From the NCBI GenBank assembly GCA_043827405.1, contig JBDRPD010000007.1, positions 1 through 27,038 on the forward strand: DNA of 27,038 nucleotides, given 5' to 3'. The position numbers and the translations under genes were made by a program. Positions 9,743 to 20,557 of this stretch are shown here, in pieces (position 1 is the stretch's first letter; every line of letters begins with the position of its first letter). The DNA comes from Elusimicrobiota bacterium. Its GTDB lineage: Bacteria; Elusimicrobiota; Elusimicrobia; UBA1565. The notes under the pieces are model-generated. The model worked only from the letters and a program-made list of their open reading frames with translations, searched no databases and was not told the DNA's origin.

Positions 9743-10630
9743 CTATTTTCGCGGATGATGGCGCCGATGCGACTCTTTGAGCACCGACTTGTCGAGGTGG
9801 GTGTATATTTGAGTGGTGGACAAGTTGGCATGGCCCAGCATTTCCTGTACCGAACGCATATCCGCGCCGCCGCGCAGCAGATGCGACGCGAAAGTGTGCC
9901 GCACGAGATGGGGGTGCAGCGGCTGGCGCAGCTTCGCCCGCCGGCCCAGCTCCTTAAGGTCCCGCCACAGCTGAACGCGCGACAACACCTTCCCGGAGCG
10001 GCCGACAAAAACTTCCGGCGCGGTCGAGCGCTCGCCGAAATGCTGCTCACGCAGGCGCAGATAGCGCTCCAGCTGCTGCCGCGCCCGCTTATGGACCGGA
10101 ATCATGCGCTCTTTCGAACCCTTGCCGATCACCCGGATCCACCCCTCTTCGAGATTGACGAGCTCGGCGCGCAGCGAGAGCAGCTCCGAGGCGCGCATCC
10201 CGGTAGCGTAGAGCAGCTCGAGCATAGTCTTCGCGCGCACCAGGGGCAGGGAGTTCCCGTCCTCCAGCCGCAGCAGGTCATCCATCTCGTCAAGCGAAAG
10301 GAATTTCGGCAGCCGCTCAGGCAAGTGGGGCGCCTTAAAGCCGCGCGTCGGGTCCTCAGAGATGCGCTCTTCGGCGACCTGGAAGCGGTAGAAGGCGCGC
10401 AGCGCCTCCATTTTGCGAAAGATGGAGACGGCTTTAAGCTTACAGTCCGACTTCAAGTGCCAGACGTAGTCCTCCAGCAGGCGCGCGTCCGCCCGGTTCG
10501 GGTCGCGCCGCCCCAGCCACCGCAGATAGCCGGCCGTATCGGCGGCATACGCCGCGCAGGTATTATGCGCGAGCCCCCGCTCCAGGGCGAGATACTTCGC
10601 GAACTCGCCGAGAAGCGGGGACTCTGGCAC
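9743..10630 (-). CDS. xerD: Site-specific tyrosine recombinase XerD
   Basis: ERGLAHNT N-terminus, LELLYATGMRASEL, GKGSKER, HLVRHTFASHLL, VQEMLGHA, TTQIYTH, C-terminal HHPR. Confidence 0.88.
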   Translation of the reverse strand: MPESPLLGEFAKYLALERGLAHNTCAAYAADTAGYLRWLGRRDPNRADARLLEDYVWHLKSDCKLKAVSIFRKMEALRAFYRFQVAEERISEDPTRGFKAPHLPERLPKFLSLDEMDDLLRLEDGNSLPLVRAKTMLELLYATGMRASELLSLRAELVNLEEGWIRVIGKGSKERMIPVHKRARQQLERYLRLREQHFGERSTAPEVFVGRSGKVLSRVQLWRDLKELGRRAKLRQPLHPHLVRHTFASHLLRGGADMRSVQEMLGHANLSTTQIYTHLDKSVLKESHRRHHPRK

Positions 10631-10647
10631 GGGGACTTCCGGATGCG

Positions 10648-11787
10648 TCAGGCCTTCGCCGCTTTTTCCACGCGCGAAGCCTTGACCGCCTCTTTTTCCA
10701 CGAGCGGTGCCTTGGCCGCTTCTTTTTCCATAAGCTGGGCCTTGGCCGCATTTCTTTCCGCCGGCGAAGCCTTGGCCTGGTCGGCGGCGAGCTGAAACTT
10801 CTCACGCAGCTTCATCTCGATCTCCCGCGCGATTTTCGGCGAATCGCTCAAAAAGCCCTTGGCGTTCTCGCGGCCCTGTCCGAGCCGGTCGTCCTTATAA
10901 AGGAACCAGCTTCCGGATTGTTCTATAAGACCGGCCTCCACTCCCATCTCCAGGAGGCAGCCTTCATGCGAGATTCCATGGCCGTGGACCATATCAAAGA
11001 TCGCCTGGCGATAGGGCGGCGCAACCTTGTTCTTAACGACCTTCACGCGGCAGCGCGCGGCGACGACGACGTCGCCCTTCTTGATATTTTCGATGCGGCG
11101 GATATCCAAGCGCACCGAGGCGTAAAACTTCAACGCCATGCCGCCCGTTGTCGTTTCCGGGCTGCCGAACATGACGCCGATCTTATGACGCAGCTGGTTG
11201 ATGAAGATCAGACAGGTGTTGGAGCTGGAGATGGCGGACGTCAGCTTGCGCAGAGCCTGACTCATCAGACGCGCCTGCAGGCCCGGCAGGCTGTCGCCCA
11301 TCTCGCCCTCAATCTCCGCCCGCGGCACCAGCGCCGCGACCGAATCGACGACAATGACGTCGATCGCCCCCGAACGCACCAGCTTTTCCGTGATCTCGAG
11401 CGCCTGTTCGCCGGAATCGGGCTGCGAGACCAGCAGGTGTTCAGTGTCCACTCCCAGCGCCTTGGCGTAAGAGGGATCCATGGCGTGCTCGGCATCAACA
11501 AACGCCGCGGTACCGCCCGTCTTCTGCGCCTGCGCCACCACATGCAGCGCGAGAGTGGTCTTGCCGGAGGACTCCGGGCCGTATATTTCCACGATGCGGC
11601 CCCGGGGGAGACCGCCGACGCCCAACGCCATATCCAGCGAAAGCGCGCCGGTCGGAATTACATCAATCTTGGTCTTGGCGGCCTTGTCCCCCAACCGCAT
11701 GATCGATTCACGACCATACGCCTTCTCTATCTGCGCCAGCGCCAACGACAGCGCCTTGTTTTTTGCGTCCTGCGTGTTTGCCGCCAT
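10648..11787 (-). CDS. recA: Recombinase RecA
   Basis: GPESSGKTT Walker [40 protein letters not shown]. Confidence 0.99.
   Translation of the reverse strand: MAANTQDAKNKALSLALAQIEKAYGRESIMRLGDKAAKTKIDVIPTGALSLDMALGVGGLPRGRIVEIYGPESSGKTTLALHVVAQAQKTGGTAAFVDAEHAMDPSYAKALGVDTEHLLVSQPDSGEQALEITEKLVRSGAIDVIVVDSVAALVPRAEIEGEMGDSLPGLQARLMSQALRKLTSAISSSNTCLIFINQLRHKIGVMFGSPETTTGGMALKFYASVRLDIRRIENIKKGDVVVAARCRVKVVKNKVAPPYRQAIFDMVHGHGISHEGCLLEMGVEAGLIEQSGSWFLYKDDRLGQGRENAKGFLSDSPKIAREIEMKLREKFQLAADQAKASPAERNAAKAQLMEKEAAKAPLVEKEAVKASRVEKAAKA
10661..10780. repeat. Four imperfect 30-bp tandem repeats in the recA 3' end
   Basis: Units start at 10661, 10691, 10721 and 10751 (consensus ~TCTTTTTCCAnnnnnnnnGCCTTGGCCGCn), encoding AKA...EKEA decamers. 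Confidence 0.85.
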
Positions 11788-11832
11788 ACAGTCTTCCCCC
11801 TGCCATCAATCTTTAAATTTTTCAGCACTTCA

Positions 11833-11861
11833 AGTTTACTGTACAAATGTACAGTTGTCAA
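11833..11861 (-). promoter_or_regulatory. recA sigma70 promoter with LexA (SOS) box in the spacer
   Basis: Minus strand TTGACA (11861-11856), 17 nt, TAAACT (11838-11833). The spacer holds CTGT-ACAAATGT-ACAG (11839-11854). Confidence 0.85.
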
Positions 11862-11864
11862 GCC

Positions 11865-12395
11865 CTATTTTTTAAACGGCCCAAAATAGCTCCTTTCCAT
11901 CAACTCCTGGCTGGTCCGCAGCTCCTGCCCCTTTTCCGTCTTAATCTCCGCCTTGGCGACCGCAAGCACCGTGCTGGAATCCCACCAGAAATAGCTCTCC
12001 CGATAGCGCCGCGGTTCGCCGTAGATCAGCGAAAGGTCCACCGCCAATTCCCCGAACGGCTTCTGCCGCGAATACTCCTTGTCGTATACCAGCCGTATAT
12101 GCACCAACCGTCCCCGCCGCATGCCCAAGAGCACCGTCTTGACCTTGGCGGGAAACCATTCCGAATCTTCCCGCTCAATACGGATACGAACGACCCCCCC
12201 TTTTGGTTCCTTCTGACGCTGCCACTTACGGGTGGGAGGATAGACCATTTCGATCTGCTTGATGCCGTCTCCCAGGCGCAGGCTGGCGAGATAACGCTGA
12301 ATGGAAGACTGTGCGGAGGCCGGGCGGGAGGCCGCCAGCAGCAGCACGGCAAGAGCCGCAGCGCCTGCGGCTAAAAATCGCGAGGCCGGATTCAT
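11865..12395 (-). CDS. Exported hypothetical protein
   Basis: Signal peptide (LAAGAAALAVLLLAASRPASA); packed tightly between neighbours; no recognised family. Confidence 0.75.
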   Translation of the reverse strand: MNPASRFLAAGAAALAVLLLAASRPASAQSSIQRYLASLRLGDGIKQIEMVYPPTRKWQRQKEPKGGVVRIRIEREDSEWFPAKVKTVLLGMRRGRLVHIRLVYDKEYSRQKPFGELAVDLSLIYGEPRRYRESYFWWDSSTVLAVAKAEIKTEKGQELRTSQELMERSYFGPFKK

Positions 12396-12400
12396 AAGCG

Positions 12401-13495
12401 TTAGGGAGCCGCGGTCCCGGATGATTCGCCGGGCGCTTTCGCGTACAGGCCAAGATCGCTTTGATAGTACTTGAACGTAATAACCCCCAGCTGCGAGATA
12501 AATTCCTTCGCTTCCCCGTAGCCGCGATTGCGGCCCGTCAAAACGGTAACGGCATAGTCGCCCTGCGGCGAGAAGATTACCCCCGAGTCGTGGCAGGCCC
12601 GGCGCAGCAGGCCGGTCTTGTGGGCGATGCTCCAGCCCGCCGGCAGCTTCTTGGCCAGCCGGTAACGGCGCGGATAGCGCCCTTTCAGGATTTCCAGCAT
12701 AAGCTCGCTGGCGAAGCGCGTCACCATTTGGCCCCGGTAGACCTTCTCCATAAGAAAGGTCATCTCGCGCGCGGTTGTGTAGTTTTCATAACGCACCCGT
12801 CCGCTCTGCAGGCTCAGCCCCTCGGGGTAGAGCTCGGTATAGACCAGCCCCATCCGGGGGAACTGGTTCTGCATATAACCGACCCCGACCTCATTGAGCA
12901 GTATCCGCATCGCCGTATTGTCGGAGTTGTGGATGAGCTTATCGAGGAGCGCGCGCACGGTAAAGCGCGTCCCGTCCCGCTTCCATTTGATCCGTCCCGA
13001 ACCGCCCATGCGGTTGCGGCGGCTAAGCTTAAGGCGGGAGTTGAGCGACAGCTCGCCGTTGTTGATCTTTTCCATCACGCCGATCATAATGGGGACCTTA
13101 ATCAGGCTCGCCGAAGGAAACAGATCGTCGGCATGATAGCTCCATTCATAGCCGCCGGATAAATCCTTAATATGAATCGCAACCTGGGCCGAAGTGCGGG
13201 CGACGTACTGCTGCGCCGCGTACTGCAGGTCTTCTGCCATGCGCGCAAAACGAATGCGCGCCGGATCGTCCTTGTCGTCGGGGATAACGACGGCCTCTTC
13301 TTCGTCGTCATCGTCGCGCACCAGATCGGCGCGGTCCTCCACGACATGCTGCGCGCTGGGAGACAGCCGGGACTCGGTATAGGTCAGGTAGACAACCGGA
13401 AGCAGCACCAGGATCACCGCAAACGGGATGCCCGCCCTTTCCGAAGGCACCCAGCTCAGCGTCGTGATGACGCGGTCTACGAGCTTACGACGCAT
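12401..13495 (-). CDS. Membrane-anchored serine hydrolase, class A beta-lactamase / PBP-A fold
   Basis: SxxK (ASLIK), SDN and KTG motifs; N-terminal TM helix and acidic linker. Confidence 0.88.
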   Translation of the reverse strand: MRRKLVDRVITTLSWVPSERAGIPFAVILVLLPVVYLTYTESRLSPSAQHVVEDRADLVRDDDDEEEAVVIPDDKDDPARIRFARMAEDLQYAAQQYVARTSAQVAIHIKDLSGGYEWSYHADDLFPSASLIKVPIMIGVMEKINNGELSLNSRLKLSRRNRMGGSGRIKWKRDGTRFTVRALLDKLIHNSDNTAMRILLNEVGVGYMQNQFPRMGLVYTELYPEGLSLQSGRVRYENYTTAREMTFLMEKVYRGQMVTRFASELMLEILKGRYPRRYRLAKKLPAGWSIAHKTGLLRRACHDSGVIFSPQGDYAVTVLTGRNRGYGEAKEFISQLGVITFKYYQSDLGLYAKAPGESSGTAAP

Positions 13496-13501
13496 GGGCT
13501 T

Positions 13502-15967
<2,466 letters not shown>

Positions 15968-16104
15968 ATTTTCCTCGCGCGCGGGAGCCGCTAAACGGTC
16001 TTACTAAGGAACAACTCTCCCACGTTATATTATGGTGCGACTATGTTACCAATTCAGACAGGGCAAAACCTCTATAAATACCTACGTTTACGCCAATTAT
16101 AAAT

Positions 16105-16193
16105 TTCCCGAGAGTCCCAAAACTGCCTGGGCCTAATAATTTTCTGGAAATTCCCGACAGACCCATAGCCATTTTGCGCGGCCATTATACAAT
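16105..16193 (+). promoter_or_regulatory. Putative regulated promoter with direct repeat TTCCCGA[GC]AG[TA]CCCA and -10 TACAAT
   Basis: 13/15-identical direct repeat at 16105 and 16151; motif array matches 4198-4278; TACAAT at 16188-16193. Confidence 0.55.
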
Positions 16194-16276
16194 GGTGCTG
16201 CCGTTCGGCCTTATGTTACGCAGGGAAGACTACGGGAAATCAGCGGAAAAGACGAATCCCGCGAGAGGATAGTCGC

Positions 16277-19200
16277 ATGAACCCAAACAAGTTCCTAGTC
16301 AGTCTCTTCACCCTTGGATTTTTCACCACCGCCGTACATCCGCCGCAAGGAAGCTGTACGGCGCTCCGCGCGGGAAGCGCGGGGCGCGCGGCACGGGGAG
16401 CTCCCGTCCGCGCCGTTCCCCCGCTGCTGCAAAACAACCTGAAACCCGTAACAAATCCCGCCTTCACCGGCGGGATCGGTTTTTCTGTGCTGCCGAAACT
16501 GGAAACGATTTCACCTTCTCTCGGCCTGCCCTCCACAGAAAACAACGTGACCGTCGCCCCCTTCGCGGCGAAGGTCTCGGTCGGCGGGCAAACGGTCGGC
16601 ATCGGCGGCGGTGTCGCCGTGCATGCGAACAAACAAAACAAGAAGGTCGGCGTCGCGGCTTCGGCGCGCGAGTTCGCCGGAAGCTTGAAAAAATCCGGCG
16701 TCAGCGCGGCCGGTAAAATCCGCGCCTTTTTCGACGGACACCTCAATGCCGATAATACCAACACCGCCGTCGGCGGCGACGGAGCCTCATTCGCTCCCGC
16801 TTCGCGCGGCCCCCTCAATGAAGTCGTCTTTCGCGCGCTAAAAGACGGCAGCGATATCCGCACCAACCTTCCGCGCACGTTGGTCATCAACGACGCCTAC
16901 ATTAAAGGCGCCCCCGCCGCGACCGTCAGCCGCCTGCAGACGCTTATTAATGAGGGAGTGCACCTCGTCATCCTCACCGACCGCGCGGACCGCGGCCCCG
17001 GATCGATCGATGAAATTCTGCTCTCCAAGCTGACGCCGTCCAAGTCCAACCCGATCACCGTCGCCAGTCACGCCGGCGCGCGTATTTCCTTCGTCGAGGC
17101 CGGCGCCAAATGGAAGGTCGCCAGCGAAGCCGGCGCCTTTGAGACCCGCGAGATCAGCCGCTTCAGCGAAATCGCCGCACGCGTAAACCGCGCCGCCAAG
17201 CTCAGAAACGTCCCCGCTCGCACCGAGTCCCCCGCAAGCGGCGATACGCTGTCGGTCACCTTCAGCCTAAAGGGCCGGGACCGCCAGGGCGACGTCGCAC
17301 GCAAGCGTCGGGCCTTCATGCTGAAGTTCAACCAGGCGATGAAAGCGGCGCGCCTTCCCTACCAGATGAAGGCGCATCCGAGCGATGAGAGCGCCGCCGT
17401 CATCCAGGCGATCACGCCCCGCCTCGCGCTCGGACGCATCGATCGCGAACTCGGCAAGCGCTTCGCGGACGAAAACCTTTCAGCCAAAGGCAATGAAACC
17501 ATGGTGCTGCTCGATGCCCGCGGCTCCGAGCCGCTCATGCGCACGATCACGGCCGATCCCGAATCGGTGCCCGGCCTGTTCCGCGGCGCCTCGGTAGTCG
17601 ACGCCGGCGACGCCGGCGCGCAGGCGACGGCGCTCGGCGCGGTAACTGAAGCCTCCGAGCTTAACCCGGTCGATGTTTCAATGAGCGATATGCGCCAGTA
17701 CCTCGACTTTTGGCGGCCCGTAGTTGGGCGCAGCGGCAAAACCCCGAAGCAGAGCGCCGGCACCTCGTCGGGCCGCTACGGGCTCTATACCTGGCAGGTG
17801 CTGCACGATCTGCTGACCGACTTCTACGTCGACGCGGCACGATCGGGCAAGAAGTACACCAACGTCAAGAAATTCCTGGACGCCCTGCGTATGCGCTGGG
17901 CCGGAAAAGCCAAGGACGCGTCGTTTGAGCGCTACCGCGGCACTCAGGGCGGCAAGGTCGCCGACGCCGCCTACCTGGGCCACGCCCTGCGCTTCGCCGG
18001 CAACTTCTGGCAGCGCGAGATCGGCAACTACAGCCTCGCCCAGCAGGAAATCCGCGAAGACCTCATGACCGAGGGCAAGGTCTATACCAAAGTCCCGCTG
18101 CGCTCGCCGTTTACCGGCCGCAAATACGCGCTCGGCGTATCCGTGGACCGCGTTATGAAGCTCGATACGGCCAATGGGCGCGAGCTCAACGCCACGGTCT
18201 ACCGCTTCGGTAAAGAGGGCGCCACGGACGGCGATGAGGCGCAGGCCCGCGCCGTGGCGCTGGCCACGCTGCGCGGCTACGGCCGCAAAGGGCTCGACCT
18301 TAAGTGGCACCAAGGCTCGGCGCAGGGGCCGGTCCTCTCCCGCATCACGGTGCAGATCGAGCATCTAAACCGCCACAATATGTACGACTTCACGCCGGAC
18401 GATCTGCTCAAGATCGAAGCCGACGGCTCGATCTCGCAGGGCTCGGCCGCGCTCAAGCTGGTCAACGAAATCGAATCCGCGCAGGCCGACTTCAAATACC
18501 TCGCCTCGCAGAAGAAAATGCGCCGGCTCGCCGGCCCGCAGGAATGGGACGGCGACGAGTGGACGCAAAAGGGCGACGCCGTGCGCGAGCTGTTCGGCTC
18601 CTACTTCCCCAACGCCCCGACCGCGGAGCGCCTGCGCCCGTTTTTGAGCGAGGCCGAAGCGCTGCGCCCGAAGACCGCGACCCCGCGCGACCCGGTCGAG
18701 GTCTTCTCCGCTCCGATAGCCTGGCCCCAAGGCAAGCCGCCGGCGCCGATCGACGAAGAAGGATCGCAGATCGAGGAAGATCTCGAAGCCTCGCACCGCG
18801 TAGTCTTTATTGAAGACATCTTCACAAATCCCGCTGCAGACGAAGTCGTCGACCGCATCCAGCGCCTGATCGACGCCGGCGCCCATGTCGTCTTCATGAC
18901 GGCGCGGCCGCATAAGGGCGAGAACTCGGCCGACACCGTGCTGCTCGCGCGCCTCAAGGCCGGCCGCGCCAACCCCATCATCGTCACCAGCTACAACGGC
19001 GGCCGCATCGCGCTGCATTCGCGGGCAAAAGACCCCAAAGCCTACATCCCCGACAGCCGCGCTTTTACCGCGGCCGCGATCAAAACCTTTGACGCGACGG
19101 CCGGCGAGCTGGCGGCCGAGTTCGACCTAGCGCTCGAAGCCGAGGCGGTGCCCTCCAAGGGCTCGCCGTTCCAGTACAACCTCTGGATTCCGCAGTCGGT

Positions 19201-20557
19201 CCCCGCCGCCGAGCTCGCGACGACCCGCACCCGGCTCATAAAGCGCTTTAATAAATCGCTGGCCGCTGAGGGGCTGGAGTACTCGATCCAGGCTCATCCG
19301 GGTCATCCGCGGCAGCTGTGGATCCGCTCGCAGCCGATGCGCCTCTCGCTCGACCGCGTCTTCCAGGCGCTCGATCAGCGCTTTAAAGGAGAGGACTTGC
19401 TCGCTCATCCCGACCAGTTTCTGGTCATCGGCAACTCCAAGCGCTCGCTTCACCTCTCGAAAGCCTGGCCCAAGCAGGCGACGTTCCGTGCCGCCCAAAA
19501 CGACACCGAGATCAGCAACCATCTGGGCGGCGTGCTCGGCAACCGCAAGCGGGACACCGTCGGCGTCAAGCTCGGCGAGATCCGCTCCTACGATGAGTTC
19601 TGGGAGCCGATGCTCGAGCGCCGCGCCGGTCACTTCGGCACGGAGGCCTCGCAGAGCCACCGGCTGAGCGAAGAGGACCGCCGCTACCACGGCCCGCTGG
19701 CAATGTTCACCGGCTCCATCATGTACCGGCTGATGCCCGAGCTCTTTGAAGCGATCTGGCGCGGCCAGGACCGCACGTCGACCAAGACGCAGGGCCTGCA
19801 GCGTATTCGTCAGATGTGGGCCTTCCCTGAACGCGAAGGCGTCTTCGTCAGCAAGCGACAGGCGTCGGTCATGAACGAGGAGGGATGGAAGAGCCGTTCG
19901 CGCGGCTACCTCGAGCGCGCGCTGACCTTCTTTAGCGAGATCTACGACCGCGCCTTCGAGAACTACAGCGAGGCGGCCCAGGACATCCTGCACAATATGG
20001 CCGGCCTCACCACCGACCGGCAAAGCCTGGTTACTTTGGTCTTTAAGGCCAGCGGCAAGCTCTACAAGGTGTTCACGCGCCTGCCGCGGCTGATGAAGCA
20101 CGATACCGAGGACGGCCGCGTCCTTTCAGTCATCGCCTACCGCACCGGCAAGGAGCCCTTCGAGGGCGACGGCGACGGGGTCTACGCCAAGACGCTGGCG
20201 ATGACCATGCTCGTCGGCTTCGCCCAGCCCGGCCCCGACCGCCGGTGGCATGACGGCTGGCCGCATGGCCCGAAGATCGCCAAGCTGCACGTGCGCCTGG
20301 AATACAAGCAGGGCGCGCGCGACCTCTACTTCGATCCCAACGACTTCTTCCGCATTCAGGCCAACGGCAAGTACCGGCAGGGCGTCGCGGTTCAGGAAAT
20401 CGCCAATATGATCGAGCGCATGCGCGCCGATGATGAGTTCCAGGAGCATTTCAAGGCCGAGAACGAACAGGCGACCGCCGAAGAAATCAAGGAAGCCAAG
20501 AAGAAAACAAAGGGGACCGGCAAGAAGCCGGTCGACAACCGGAGGGTAAAGAAATGA
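16277..20557 (+). CDS. Large signal-peptide-bearing protein with two tandem [degenerate HAD-IIB + inactive PD-(D/E)XK nuclease-like] modules
   Basis: 1426 aa with GAGAGGA SD. Internal duplication from ~aa 199 and ~aa 840 (e.g. GVHLVILTDR/GAHVVFMTAR, NPITVASHAGARI/NPIIVTSYNGGRI, VYRFGKE/AYRTGKE, WHQGSAQGP/WHDGWPHGP); homologous to the downstream gene. Confidence 0.7.
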   Translation: MNPNKFLVSLFTLGFFTTAVHPPQGSCTALRAGSAGRAARGAPVRAVPPLLQNNLKPVTNPAFTGGIGFSVLPKLETISPSLGLPSTENNVTVAPFAAKVSVGGQTVGIGGGVAVHANKQNKKVGVAASAREFAGSLKKSGVSAAGKIRAFFDGHLNADNTNTAVGGDGASFAPASRGPLNEVVFRALKDGSDIRTNLPRTLVINDAYIKGAPAATVSRLQTLINEGVHLVILTDRADRGPGSIDEILLSKLTPSKSNPITVASHAGARISFVEAGAKWKVASEAGAFETREISRFSEIAARVNRAAKLRNVPARTESPASGDTLSVTFSLKGRDRQGDVARKRRAFMLKFNQAMKAARLPYQMKAHPSDESAAVIQAITPRLALGRIDRELGKRFADENLSAKGNETMVLLDARGSEPLMRTITADPESVPGLFRGASVVDAGDAGAQATALGAVTEASELNPVDVSMSDMRQYLDFWRPVVGRSGKTPKQSAGTSSGRYGLYTWQVLHDLLTDFYVDAARSGKKYTNVKKFLDALRMRWAGKAKDASFERYRGTQGGKVADAAYLGHALRFAGNFWQREIGNYSLAQQEIREDLMTEGKVYTKVPLRSPFTGRKYALGVSVDRVMKLDTANGRELNATVYRFGKEGATDGDEAQARAVALATLRGYGRKGLDLKWHQGSAQGPVLSRITVQIEHLNRHNMYDFTPDDLLKIEADGSISQGSAALKLVNEIESAQADFKYLASQKKMRRLAGPQEWDGDEWTQKGDAVRELFGSYFPNAPTAERLRPFLSEAEALRPKTATPRDPVEVFSAPIAWPQGKPPAPIDEEGSQIEEDLEASHRVVFIEDIFTNPAADEVVDRIQRLIDAGAHVVFMTARPHKGENSADTVLLARLKAGRANPIIVTSYNGGRIALHSRAKDPKAYIPDSRAFTAAAIKTFDATAGELAAEFDLALEAEAVPSKGSPFQYNLWIPQSVPAAELATTRTRLIKRFNKSLAAEGLEYSIQAHPGHPRQLWIRSQPMRLSLDRVFQALDQRFKGEDLLAHPDQFLVIGNSKRSLHLSKAWPKQATFRAAQNDTEISNHLGGVLGNRKRDTVGVKLGEIRSYDEFWEPMLERRAGHFGTEASQSHRLSEEDRRYHGPLAMFTGSIMYRLMPELFEAIWRGQDRTSTKTQGLQRIRQMWAFPEREGVFVSKRQASVMNEEGWKSRSRGYLERALTFFSEIYDRAFENYSEAAQDILHNMAGLTTDRQSLVTLVFKASGKLYKVFTRLPRLMKHDTEDGRVLSVIAYRTGKEPFEGDGDGVYAKTLAMTMLVGFAQPGPDRRWHDGWPHGPKIAKLHVRLEYKQGARDLYFDPNDFFRIQANGKYRQGVAVQEIANMIERMRADDEFQEHFKAENEQATAEEIKEAKKKTKGTGKKPVDNRRVKK

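Noticed and set aside
9743..10630. Phage or island integrase
   Set aside because: Canonical XerD size and motifs in a housekeeping context; no att sites, tRNA or phage genes seen.
10661..10780. CRISPR-like repeat array
   Set aside because: The repeats are contiguous, imperfect, have no spacers and are in frame within recA.
12401..13495. Bona fide beta-lactam resistance gene
   Set aside because: Membrane-anchored, embedded in the clpC operon, and the omega-loop ExxLN motif is not clearly present; more likely a PBP-like hydrolase.
15968..16100. CIRCE or CtsR heat-shock operator upstream of clpC
   Set aside because: No match to TTAGCACTC-N9-GAGTGCTAA or to GTCAA direct repeats.
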